Made by a program: the position numbers and the translations under genes. Below, piece by piece: positions 52,662 to 62,743 of a stretch of DNA of 64,000 bases. The first letter of the stretch is position 1. Every line of letters starts with the position of its first letter. Source of the DNA: Nitrospirales bacterium (GTDB taxonomy: Bacteria > Nitrospirota > Nitrospiria > Nitrospirales > UBA8639); NCBI GenBank assembly GCA_963555755.3, contig OY820905.2:2880001-2944000 (forward strand), read 5' to 3'. Under the pieces are notes generated by a model that worked only from the letters and a program-made list of their open reading frames with translations, did not search any database and had not been told where the DNA came from.

Positions 52662-52784
52662 GGCAGGGGAGAAGGTCAGCGGCTAAATGGGAAGAGGTGA
52701 GAACGAGCGGGATGTATATAGAGAAGGACAGGCAATCCTTAAGAGGCAATTATAAGGTTCCTGATACCGTTTCCTTCTTTATTC

Positions 52785-53114
52785 TTAAATCGTAGCATCC
52801 CCTTTTCGTTTTTGTTGTCGATCAATGACCAAGAGTATTCTATTTTTGCCAGAATCAAAATCTAATTCCACATCTTTCAGAAGTACTGTGTAATTTTTCC
52901 CATCCCAAGGAGGGACAACATTTATTTGAAAAGCGGCCGGTATGGCCAATGGAACTTTCAGATCAAGAGTAATTGAGGTACGAGAGCAATTTCGTAATAT
53001 TCCAGTACCTTCCCATGGATGAGTTTGGGACTTGGGAATTATCGCATGATCTATTATCCGCAGTGAAACTTTTTTTCCTATCCATTTCTGGATTTCCTCA
53101 AACTTTTCATTCAT
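52785..53114 (-). CDS. Hypothetical protein (cassette-like, AT-rich)
   Basis: 109-aa ORF bracketed by repeats of the post-HTH junction sequence. Confidence 0.6.
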   Translation of the reverse strand: MNEKFEEIQKWIGKKVSLRIIDHAIIPKSQTHPWEGTGILRNCSRTSITLDLKVPLAIPAAFQINVVPPWDGKNYTVLLKDVELDFDSGKNRILLVIDRQQKRKGDATI

Positions 53115-53352
53115 TTTATTGGAACTCCGTTAGCGGATTTGTATCCAATACCGGGCATATAAGATAGTTTTTGCTTGATGTCCATTTATCGTGGACCAAG
53201 CCCACGAAGCAGGCTCAAAGTTTGTTATAAATTAAGGTGGCCAGCGTAAGGCTGGGAGACGCTCAGCCACTAAATTGAGCGAGGTGAGAACGAGCGCGAT
53301 GCGGGGAAGTAGGCCCGGAACCAATTTAACCAGGAGTCTCTGAGATGAGCTG

Positions 53353-53688
53353 CTATAGCCAAAATAAGGCTGTCATTAATATTAAAGCTAAGGCTTCGGT
53401 ATTATTAATAGCCCTTACCTTAAAAACATCCATAAGAAACAAATTCCAGAATTTCTTGAATAGCGTGGCCCCCCAATAAATCAACAGGAGCAAAATACTC
53501 AGAAATCCAATCACGTAGAATGCAAGAGTTCCTCCTTGGGGTCCTTCTCCTTGAAAAACCATTTTTACAATATCTGAGGACTCACTAAACCCACTAAATA
53601 TAGAAACTACAATGATATAAAGAACCAAGGTGAGATTGAAAGTTGTTGTTATATTGTTTTCCACACTCATTTGGGCCGGGAACTTCAC
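53353..53688 (-). CDS. Small membrane protein (possible immunity)
   Basis: 111 aa with about 3 hydrophobic helices; overlaps TPR gene stop. Confidence 0.55.
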   Translation of the reverse strand: MKFPAQMSVENNITTTFNLTLVLYIIVVSIFSGFSESSDIVKMVFQGEGPQGGTLAFYVIGFLSILLLLIYWGATLFKKFWNLFLMDVFKVRAINNTEALALILMTALFWL

Positions 53689-54440
53689 TTTTTGATTTTT
53701 CCATTGCCCTTCTGAACAAGTTGTTTGGTTTGTTTGAGAAGGGATTTAAGATACTGGCGGCCCCAGCCCCTGGCTCGAGGTAGGTTAGTTTCTAAAAGTC
53801 GAACGGCCCGTTTATTATAGCCTAAGGCATTGAACGCCTCAGCTAATGAAGAAATAGTGAGTTCAATTTCAAACTCACTAGGGGTTTTCTCATGTTTGAC
53901 CAACCGAAAGGCCTTCTCTAAATATGGCAAAGCATTTTGGGGTTCCTCCATTGCAAAAAGAGCATCCCCTAGAGAGCTATTTGCCATTCGATCTTTGGGA
54001 TTGAGTTTTAGTGCCTTTTTAAAACAATCTAAGGCCTCTCGGTCCTTATCCAAAGCGAATAACACATTCCCTTTTAGGCATAAGGCTCGAACTTTCACCC
54101 ATCGATCACGCCCAGCGTATAACAAGGCCTTTTCCACGTCCCGAAGCGCTACGTTGTAATCTTGTTTGATGGCATACCACACTCTGCCTCGTTCTAAAAG
54201 GGCCTCGCTGCATCGTGGATTCACCGCGATGGCTTGTTCATAACACTGCATGGCCTCTCGAACACGGTCGCGAGCAAAGAGAATCCGCCCTTTGATGATA
54301 AGGGCCTCTGTATTGTCTGGTTCGAGCCGTAAGGCTCGATTAATCTTTTGGAGCGCTCTGCCAAGTTTCCCTTCACATGCGTAGAGATGATCTGCATCAT
54401 CAATCAGAAGAGCCACGTCATGTTTGACTTTCTCACTCAT
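53685..54440 (-). CDS. TPR protein, putative cognate immunity
   Basis: Repeated TPR motifs (ALRLEPDNTEAL, AIAVNPRCSEAL, ALKLNPKD); first gene after the giant Rhs. Confidence 0.75.
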   Translation of the reverse strand: MSEKVKHDVALLIDDADHLYACEGKLGRALQKINRALRLEPDNTEALIIKGRILFARDRVREAMQCYEQAIAVNPRCSEALLERGRVWYAIKQDYNVALRDVEKALLYAGRDRWVKVRALCLKGNVLFALDKDREALDCFKKALKLNPKDRMANSSLGDALFAMEEPQNALPYLEKAFRLVKHEKTPSEFEIELTISSLAEAFNALGYNKRAVRLLETNLPRARGWGRQYLKSLLKQTKQLVQKGNGKIKK

Positions 54441-54538
54441 GAGAAATTCTCACACAAACCAATACCCGTTCAATAAACTGCACCGTTTGCAGAAGGCAAT
54501 TTGTGAACCCTTAATGCGCAACTTCCTGCTGAGGCAAA

Positions 54539-57500
54539 CTAATTTTTGCATTGGTTATCTGAATCCTTTTTCTTTTTCCCCTTTTTCTTCTGGTTATCCG
54601 TATCACTATTATGTGCTTTTTTGGATTTACCTCTTTGGAGTTCATCTAGCCTGCTTTTTGCCTTAGATTTCTGTTTTTGTGTGGCATTAGGATCTTTACG
54701 CAAATTTTTTAATTCCTGTATGGCTTTTTGTCTAGCTGCCTCATTTCCAAAAGCAGGGTCATCTCCCCCAAGCGTTGAAGATTGCAGGGCTTCGTTTAAA
54801 ACGAAAGTAGCTGCTGTAGCTACTGTGCCTACAATCGCGGTCGTAATAGCTAGGGCCGTACTGGTTGAGATAGTTACTGCAGTCCCACCTGCAAAAATAG
54901 GGAAGAGCGCGATAATGACAATTTCCCCATCAGGATCAACAAAATTTACTGGATCATTGAACACATAGCGATAAAGATTTTGATCGCCAGCAGCAAACCC
55001 AATCTGATCTTCACTCAAAAATCGTCCACTTAGAGGATCATAGTACCGGGTACGGTAAAAATAGAGCCCACTTTCTTGATCGAACTCCCGTCCGGTATAG
55101 GCGAACGGTTGCGGAATCGTTTCAGACAGTGTGAGCATGCGGCCATAGCTGTCATACAAGTACGAATTCGCCACCAGCCCGCTGCTATCGGTCAGGTTGA
55201 CGATCGACCCTCCATGATCTTCGTGGTAGTAGAAGAAGCCAACTCCCGCGTGTTGGACCACTAAGGGCTGATCAGTTCGGTCGCCGTGGCTGTAGCGCGA
55301 CACGAAGGTGTTGGTGCCGTCGTATTCGAGGGCGATGTCTTCGCCATCGTAGACGTAGCGTGTGATGGTCCCATTGACGTTCTTTTCAATCCTTCGTCCC
55401 AATCCATCATATTTGTAACTCGCCGTTGTGCTATCGGGAAAATCGATTTGGATCAATTGGTCCTGGGCATCCCAGGTGTAGGTGGTGACGTCAGTTGTAG
55501 TCTTGTCCGTTTTCGTCACAAGGTTTCCATTGGCATCATAAGTGTACGTGAAATCATCATCTTCCATGAGGCGGTTGGCATCATCATGCGTATGGGTGGC
55601 TGACAAAAACGACGTCGTGCGATTGCCGGTGAGATCGTAGTCGTAGGTTTCAGGGGTGCCTGTCGTTCCCCCGGTTTTCAAACGCTGGAGGGCGTCGTAG
55701 GCATAGGTTCGCGTCTGAGCGGCATTCAGGTTGTCGATGATCGACTGAATATTGCCAACTGGATTGTAGGTGTAGCCGAAATCCGTGAAGCTGGGGTTGG
55801 TGCCCAGCGTATGAGTGAGGGTGTCTAATCGGCCTTGAGCATCATAGCCGTAGTCCGACACCACACCATTCGGGAAGAGTATCGTATCCAATCGGCCAGC
55901 GGGATCATAGGCCAAACTAATAGCAGTCGCTGGTTGATTGAATGGCGTAATCAGACTGGTCAGTCGCCCGGCCAGGTCATAGCCGTATGACGTGACACTC
56001 GAAAGAATATCCGTCAGACTGCTGCGATTCCCGACCGCATTATAGGCACTCGTTAAGGTTGCCGCCGGTTGGGCACCTAAATCTGTCGTCCCTTCCGTTA
56101 GCACGCGATTCAACCCATCATAGGAGAACGTCACGAGGCTATCTGTATCTCCAATGGTCAGCGGATTACTCGCGGCATCATAGGTCACCGTAATCGTATT
56201 ATCCGGTGTGGTAATGGTGGTGAGTCTGGAGCGGTCATCATAGGTTCGGGAGATGAGCTGACTCTTGGGATCGGTGGTAGTTTCGAGATTGTTGCGGGTG
56301 TCGTAGGTAAAGAGAGTTTCTTGGGTGAGCGGATTGATCCGCTTGGTTTGGCGATTCAAGAGGTCGTATTCAAAGGTTGTGATTTTGTTGCGTGCATCCG
56401 TGAACGTCTCGACATTGCGAGAGACATCATACGTAAACGTCTGTTCGCCTGTGAGGGCGTCCGTGATCTTCGTGAGTTGATTTGCGGCATCGTATTCAAA
56501 TGTCGTCGGATCAGTGAGGGCATTGATGGAGGAGAGAAGATTCCCATTCCCGTCATAGCTGAACTGTGTGAGCCCACGAATGGGATCATTGATCGTGGCG
56601 ACTCGTTCTCGGGTGTCATACGTCCGTTGTTCAACTTCGCTGGTGGGCAGTTCGGTCTCTTCGAGATTGCCTTGGACGTCATAGCGGAACAGGGTCGGGG
56701 GATTCGCGGTGCCATCCGTGGCACTGGTGAGGCGGTTTAGCGCGTCATAGGTGAAGATGCGGGTGCGCACTTCTGGTGTGCTGACTCCTTCGGTGATGGT
56801 CAGCACATTCCCTACTGTATCGCGCGTGAATTGGGTCACGTTCCCTTCCGGATCAGTGATCGTGTCCACATTGCCATTGGCGTCATAGGTCAACGTGGTG
56901 GTTTTGCCATTTTCATCTGTGTCCGTCAAGACCAACCCGCGACTATCAAACGTGCGCGTGCGTTCGCCTAGAAGGGGATTAATCACTTTCTCCGGATTGC
57001 CATTGACATCTCGTTGAATGGTGGTTTCCTTGCCGACTGGATCAATGATTTTGGTGAGGAGCTGATAGGTCGGGCCATATTCAAACGTGGTCGTGCGTTC
57101 TTCTGGTTGCCCTTCGGCTTCGACGAAGTTGAGCACATTGCCTTGATTATCATAAGTCCGCCTGGTGAGAGCTCCATTTGGTGCGGTCGTGATGACAGCG
57201 CGGCCATCGTTATTGCGCGCAATGCGCGTCTCGCGGCCTAACGGATCGAGGCGGACCGTACCCTGGCCATAGGCATCCAGCTTAAACGTGCTGCTTTGGC
57301 CATTGCCATTGGTGAAGATGGATTGGACATCACTTGGGCGGACAACCGGGGCCGGGTTGGTGTCCGTGCCGAGCCCACTAGCTGGGTCAATGAGGCCCAC
57401 CACTTCGGCCGACTGTAACGCCATGGTGGACCCATCGGACCGCGTGACGGTCGCAATACGGCCGGCAAAGTTGTACGCATACTGTGTCGTAAACCCACGT

Positions 57501-60500
57501 TTGGAGGTCTTTTGCGTCATGCGATGGCGGGCATCGTAGGTGAACTGCCGTGTACTACTATCCGGATCGGTAATGGTGGTGAGATTGCCGTCGGCGTCAT
57601 GATTCATGGTCGTCACCCGCCCGGTGGGATCAGTGATCATCTCGAGTTTGGTATCCGGGCCGTAGGTCAAGGTGGTGACGAGGCCTACGGGGTCAGTGAT
57701 GGTAGAGACTCGCTCACTGGTTCCTTCGTAGGTGTAGGTCGTGGTGTTGCCATTGCGATCCACCACTGTTGTCTGCCGGCCTTGGGCATCATAGTGGACT
57801 TCCTTGCCGGTTTTGAACCGACGCGTCAAGGTGCTGTCCGGGTTTTCGGTGAGGGTGGAGAAATCTCCTGCCGGACTACGGAGTTGGCCTTCCTCAAATA
57901 TTGGGCTATTGAGCAACCGGCTTGCTTGATTCCCGGGCGCACCTCCCACCATGGCGACGTCGATGGTGCCGCTCAGGTCAAAGTCCGCCAGCGCCAAGCG
58001 CGGCCCAGCAAAGAGAGTAGACGTGATCCCGGCCGAGAATGTGGTGGGTGGGCCAAATCCCCCCGTGCCCTTGCCCAATAGGACAGAGAGGGTATTCGTG
58101 GCGCCGATGGGTTCTTCGTTGATAATCAACAGATCCAACAGCCCATCCAGATTGACGTCGGCGGTCACAATATCTTCTGTCTGCAAATTGACATTGGTTT
58201 CAAGAAGCAGAGTGGTCGGGGGAAAGAAGCCGCCAATGGTGTTGTTGATGAGCACCAAGGCCTGGCGGTCCCCCAAGAGTCCCGCAGTGGTTACGAGGTC
58301 GAGGTAGCCATCCTGATTGAAGTCGCCGGCGGTCAACCGCAACGAGAGCTTGAGGCCATCGAGGAGAACTTTGTTGGCAAAAGTGCCAGTGCCATCGCCC
58401 AGGAGTAAAAAGGCTTTGGTATTGGCCGTCACTGCCAAGTCTAGCAAACCATCGTTATTAAAGTCCTTGGCGATCAGGTCAGATGGGCCTCCCTCACTTA
58501 AACTGATGGAGAAAAGCGGCGGGTTCGGAAAATTCCCTGTGCCATCCCCAAGAAACACCGTCACTTCTTTGGATAAATTATTCGCGGTGGCAAAGTCGAG
58601 GAAGGTATCCCCATTAAAGTCGCCGATGGTGACCCCCCGCGGTCCCGAAAAGTTTCCCGTACTGAAGGGAACATTCAGCACCAGGCGGTTGACATCGTCA
58701 AAACCCCCGACCCCATCCCCCAGCACAATGGAGGCCTTATCAAAGACGTTGGCCACCGCCACCATATCCAGGAGCCCATCTCCGTTAAAGTCCCCTAGCT
58801 CGACATCTGAAGTCCTCACCCCCAAGATTAGGTCCTGCGGCCCAGGCGTAAAGGCCCCGGTCCCGTCGCCGAGGTGAATATCCATCCCGCCAAAGGGATC
58901 CAGAATCGCGACGTCTGGGAACGTGTCGTTATTAAAATCAGCCACCGCCAGATTCTGAGGCCAGGTCCCTGGTGGAATGGCACGGGGCGTGTCAAACCCG
59001 CCGGGCTTTGGTGGTTGGAAGAGCATGGTCCCGCCGTTCCCCTTTGTGAGGACAACATCGCCATCTGATTGGACAACCAAGCGAGAAAGGCCTTTCAACG
59101 ACCACCCTGCTCCAAAGGAGCTGGCTTGGTCGTTGCGTATCAACAGCGTGTCCCGAACCACACTGGAGACAGAGCTCCGAGCAAGATGATTCGTCAGAGT
59201 GAGCGCATAAGGATAACTGCCGGTGACAAAGGAACTGGCATCGAATTGCACGGTTTGTCGAAGGGATTCATTGACGAGTTCACGCAAGGTGCTGGTGTCC
59301 GTAAAGATTTCAGCCCCTTGCTCCACACCCGCTACTTGCAGCCGAGCGGACATCTGGTTGGGGACGGCCGTAATCGAAGGAATGGTCGGGTAGTTGAACA
59401 CAATCGGTTGCGGATCCGCACCCACACTCCGGTAGATGAGCCGACGGGTGCGATCGACCCCTAACGATTGGTAAGAGACAAGCGAGTGCGCTACCACTAA
59501 ATTCCCTGAACAGACTTCGAGACTAGAGGCACCATTACAATCATCAGAATCATTCTCATCCCCATCGTCGTCGCCATCCCCGTCGTCCCCATCGCCAGCT
59601 CCATCCCCATCTCCTCCTGATTGGTTGGAATTGTTACCTGGGTTTGGATCGTCTGGGTCGTTGGGATCATTGGGGTCACCACCTTTGGGAGGGCCACCTC
59701 CAGATCCAGGATCTGTGGCAGGTGGGGAAGCCATATGCCAATCCGCAGCGCGTACGCCGCCGCTGATGGTATTGATTTCCGTTCCATCCGCAATGACTTC
59801 GCCGGTTCCCACCACCACAAATTGGCCGGAGGCCGGTTCTAACGACCAAATGTCTACTTCATTACCTGGGGCGAGGTTGTCGATATTCGGAAACGTGATG
59901 GCCACGGGCGGGTCAAAGATCACACCCACCGGTTGGATGGTAATCAACAGCCCGGGTTGGAGTTCGTCCGGCAAGGCCGCCGGTGCTAGGGCATCCGGCA
60001 CTTCGGAAATGGTAAGTGCCCCGGTGAAATCCGTCCCATCTGAATTCTTCGCCGTGTGTGGGGGCACGATGATGCTCACACCAATACTTGGGTTGTCGAC
60101 CTTGGTTGTGTTGTTGGGATCGATTCCTGACACAGGTGTCCCATTCACGAGCATTTGGCTGGCAGGGTCAAGTTGGGGGAGAAAAAATGGGCGGTTCACG
60201 ACATTGGTGACATCCGCGATCAACTCGAATCGTTCGCGGAACCCCGCATAGGCAGGGGACACTGGCTCTGCCGTGGAGGGATCAATGTCAAAGACCTGTA
60301 TACCAGCTTCGGGTAAGTTGGTGAGCGTGAAATATCCTTGCTGGTCAGTAGTCGTGGTCACCCCACTCCCCAGAATGGTCACCGTCGCCATAAACACTGG
60401 GGTTTCCGTGCCGGTTGCTACGAAATCATTGGTATCCAAAATACGACCAGTCATTTCAGTGACGCCACCTGGCTGGGGGCCGTTAACCGTGATGGTGATG

Positions 60501-62743
60501 GTTTCGGCATCCGTCAGCACTCCATCGCTCATTATTATGGTGAGAATATGATCGCCGACTTGTGTGGCATCCGGCGTGAAGGTCAGCACGCCACTGACGC
60601 CATTGAGCGTCATATTGGCTGGCAACGGCAGCGGGGTGGCGGTGAAGGAAATTGGATCGCCGTTGGGGTCTGATCCGCTGAGGGTGAATGTGAGCGATTG
60701 CCCAAGTTGGACGGTCTGATTCCCAACGGGATTGAGTGCCGGGGGGTCATTCACCGCGGTGATCGTGACTGTATCGGGACCACTATTCACGATGCCATCG
60801 TTGACAATGAGGTGCAGGACATAGGCGCCTTCAAGATCTGCAACAAAGATAGGCTTGACGACCGCTGGATTCGATAAAGACGCAGTACTCCCTATCGGCT
60901 GGCTCAGAAAACTCCATTGAAAGCCTAACGCATCGCCATTGAGATCGGATGAGCCACTGCCATCCAGGTGCACCGTGGCATTCGGGGAGACGGCCTGATC
61001 TGGACCAGCATCGGCTACAGGGGGAGTATTCTCAGCGGTGATGATCACCGAATCCGGGGCGCTGTCATCCGTTCCATCGTTGACCACAAGTTCCACGGTA
61101 TAGTTGCCAATGACATCCGGCACGAACGTCGGACCCACACTTGTTGGGTTGGTGAGCGTGGCGGCACTGCCAGCTGGCTGGCTAGTGAAAGTCCACTGGA
61201 AGGTGAGCGGATCGCTATCAGGATCACTCGATCCACTTCCATCCATGGTGACAAGGGTGTTCACCTGCACCGTTTGATTGGCACCGGCCTCTGCTATTGG
61301 TGCTTTATTTGCGGTGACCACCACAGAGGTTGGAAGACTATCTTCGGTCCCATCATTGACAATAAGTTGAACGACATACATGCCGGTTACATCAGCGACA
61401 AACGTGGGAGAAGTGGCTGCTGGATCTGACACCGTGGCGGTACTGTCTGGTGGACGCGTGGTGAAGGACCATTGAAAGGTGAGCGGGTCTCCATCCACAT
61501 CACTGGATAGCGAGCCATCCAGCTGCGCCGTCGCCCCGGTCAAGACCGATTGATCTTCACCGGCATCGGCTACCGGCCGTGAATTTTGTGTATTGATCAC
61601 GACCGTATCTGGCACACTGTCGACGGTTCCGTCGTTCACAATCAGTTGCACAACATACGTTCCAGACACATCCACCGTGAAGTCAGGTGTCGGGGAGGCA
61701 GGATCGGAAAGGGACACCGTGCTGCCCGTTGGGACCGAGGCAAAGGACCATTGAAACGTGAGTGGATCCCCATCCACATCACTGGATGCCGTGCCATCCA
61801 GGAGAACCGGTTGCGTCACAAATACCGTTTGACCCGGACCAGCATCGGCTATCGGCTCGGAATTGACCGTCGTAATCGTCACGAGTTCGACGTCGCTGTC
61901 TGCCGTACCATCATTGACGGTCAGAAGAACCACATACGTTCCTAGCTGATCGACCACAAATGTCGGATTGACCAATGTTGGATCGGACAAGGTTGCCGTG
62001 CTGCCCGCAGGCGTTGCCCCAAACGACCAGCTGAAAGTCAGCGCATCGCCATCCACATCGCTTGAGGCGCTCCCGTCAAGTTGGACGGTGTCCGTGACTT
62101 GGGCGGATTGATCAGGCCCAGCGTCCGCGACAGGTGGGGAGTTGGCGGTGGTAATCGTGACAATGTCCGGGGCACTATCCACGGTGCCATCATTGACGAT
62201 GAGTTGCACCACATAAGTTCCGACAACATCCACGATAAAGGTAGGAGCCACTGAGGTAGGATCGGAGAGGACCGCCACACTGCCATTAGGCAACGAGGTC
62301 AAGGTCCATTGAAAGGATAAGGGATCTCCATCGTCATCCGTAGAACCACTTCCATCAAGATGGGTGGTTTCCCCAACCGGAACGGTTTGATCCGGGCCTG
62401 CTTCTGCAATGGGCGCCACATTGTCGCCAGTCGGAAAGCCGGTTTCTCCCAAATGATCGACCACAAACTGCAAATCGGTGTGATCGACATCTCCATCTCC
62501 ATCTGTGTCTGCCAGATTGAATTCACAATTGGGTTTATTGTGGGGATTGTTGCCCAAGCAACGAGCCACAATTGAGACATCTTTGCCGGTTACAGTGCCA
62601 TCATTGTTGAGATCAGGATCGGGTGCTTGAGCCCATGGAACCGTGAGGAGCCCCGCTAGCAACATCAGGGTCACCATGGTCAAAACGCCAGCCGGTCCCG
62701 TGAGTAGGCTCTTAAAGAATCCCGTAGTTTGAAGCCGCAGCAT
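54539..62743 (-). CDS. Giant secreted Rhs/YD-repeat protein: signal peptide, dockerin/EF-like, 6 PKD-like, Ig, FG-GAP propeller, YD shell, variable CT
   Basis: P.A.AG..Q repeats x6; (G/A)DFN.DG..D repeats x7; YD repeats; YYDP..GRFLSED, FVDPDG. Confidence 0.92.
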   Translation of the reverse strand: MLRLQTTGFFKSLLTGPAGVLTMVTLMLLAGLLTVPWAQAPDPDLNNDGTVTGKDVSIVARCLGNNPHNKPNCEFNLADTDGDGDVDHTDLQFVVDHLGETGFPTGDNVAPIAEAGPDQTVPVGETTHLDGSGSTDDDGDPLSFQWTLTSLPNGSVAVLSDPTSVAPTFIVDVVGTYVVQLIVNDGTVDSAPDIVTITTANSPPVADAGPDQSAQVTDTVQLDGSASSDVDGDALTFSWSFGATPAGSTATLSDPTLVNPTFVVDQLGTYVVLLTVNDGTADSDVELVTITTVNSEPIADAGPGQTVFVTQPVLLDGTASSDVDGDPLTFQWSFASVPTGSTVSLSDPASPTPDFTVDVSGTYVVQLIVNDGTVDSVPDTVVINTQNSRPVADAGEDQSVLTGATAQLDGSLSSDVDGDPLTFQWSFTTRPPDSTATVSDPAATSPTFVADVTGMYVVQLIVNDGTEDSLPTSVVVTANKAPIAEAGANQTVQVNTLVTMDGSGSSDPDSDPLTFQWTFTSQPAGSAATLTNPTSVGPTFVPDVIGNYTVELVVNDGTDDSAPDSVIITAENTPPVADAGPDQAVSPNATVHLDGSGSSDLNGDALGFQWSFLSQPIGSTASLSNPAVVKPIFVADLEGAYVLHLIVNDGIVNSGPDTVTITAVNDPPALNPVGNQTVQLGQSLTFTLSGSDPNGDPISFTATPLPLPANMTLNGVSGVLTFTPDATQVGDHILTIIMSDGVLTDAETITITVNGPQPGGVTEMTGRILDTNDFVATGTETPVFMATVTILGSGVTTTTDQQGYFTLTNLPEAGIQVFDIDPSTAEPVSPAYAGFRERFELIADVTNVVNRPFFLPQLDPASQMLVNGTPVSGIDPNNTTKVDNPSIGVSIIVPPHTAKNSDGTDFTGALTISEVPDALAPAALPDELQPGLLITIQPVGVIFDPPVAITFPNIDNLAPGNEVDIWSLEPASGQFVVVGTGEVIADGTEINTISGGVRAADWHMASPPATDPGSGGGPPKGGDPNDPNDPDDPNPGNNSNQSGGDGDGAGDGDDGDGDDDGDENDSDDCNGASSLEVCSGNLVVAHSLVSYQSLGVDRTRRLIYRSVGADPQPIVFNYPTIPSITAVPNQMSARLQVAGVEQGAEIFTDTSTLRELVNESLRQTVQFDASSFVTGSYPYALTLTNHLARSSVSSVVRDTLLIRNDQASSFGAGWSLKGLSRLVVQSDGDVVLTKGNGGTMLFQPPKPGGFDTPRAIPPGTWPQNLAVADFNNDTFPDVAILDPFGGMDIHLGDGTGAFTPGPQDLILGVRTSDVELGDFNGDGLLDMVAVANVFDKASIVLGDGVGGFDDVNRLVLNVPFSTGNFSGPRGVTIGDFNGDTFLDFATANNLSKEVTVFLGDGTGNFPNPPLFSISLSEGGPSDLIAKDFNNDGLLDLAVTANTKAFLLLGDGTGTFANKVLLDGLKLSLRLTAGDFNQDGYLDLVTTAGLLGDRQALVLINNTIGGFFPPTTLLLETNVNLQTEDIVTADVNLDGLLDLLIINEEPIGATNTLSVLLGKGTGGFGPPTTFSAGITSTLFAGPRLALADFDLSGTIDVAMVGGAPGNQASRLLNSPIFEEGQLRSPAGDFSTLTENPDSTLTRRFKTGKEVHYDAQGRQTTVVDRNGNTTTYTYEGTSERVSTITDPVGLVTTLTYGPDTKLEMITDPTGRVTTMNHDADGNLTTITDPDSSTRQFTYDARHRMTQKTSKRGFTTQYAYNFAGRIATVTRSDGSTMALQSAEVVGLIDPASGLGTDTNPAPVVRPSDVQSIFTNGNGQSSTFKLDAYGQGTVRLDPLGRETRIARNNDGRAVITTAPNGALTRRTYDNQGNVLNFVEAEGQPEERTTTFEYGPTYQLLTKIIDPVGKETTIQRDVNGNPEKVINPLLGERTRTFDSRGLVLTDTDENGKTTTLTYDANGNVDTITDPEGNVTQFTRDTVGNVLTITEGVSTPEVRTRIFTYDALNRLTSATDGTANPPTLFRYDVQGNLEETELPTSEVEQRTYDTRERVATINDPIRGLTQFSYDGNGNLLSSINALTDPTTFEYDAANQLTKITDALTGEQTFTYDVSRNVETFTDARNKITTFEYDLLNRQTKRINPLTQETLFTYDTRNNLETTTDPKSQLISRTYDDRSRLTTITTPDNTITVTYDAASNPLTIGDTDSLVTFSYDGLNRVLTEGTTDLGAQPAATLTSAYNAVGNRSSLTDILSSVTSYGYDLAGRLTSLITPFNQPATAISLAYDPAGRLDTILFPNGVVSDYGYDAQGRLDTLTHTLGTNPSFTDFGYTYNPVGNIQSIIDNLNAAQTRTYAYDALQRLKTGGTTGTPETYDYDLTGNRTTSFLSATHTHDDANRLMEDDDFTYTYDANGNLVTKTDKTTTDVTTYTWDAQDQLIQIDFPDSTTASYKYDGLGRRIEKNVNGTITRYVYDGEDIALEYDGTNTFVSRYSHGDRTDQPLVVQHAGVGFFYYHEDHGGSIVNLTDSSGLVANSYLYDSYGRMLTLSETIPQPFAYTGREFDQESGLYFYRTRYYDPLSGRFLSEDQIGFAAGDQNLYRYVFNDPVNFVDPDGEIVIIALFPIFAGGTAVTISTSTALAITTAIVGTVATAATFVLNEALQSSTLGGDDPAFGNEAARQKAIQELKNLRKDPNATQKQKSKAKSRLDELQRGKSKKAHNSDTDNQKKKGKKKKDSDNQCKN

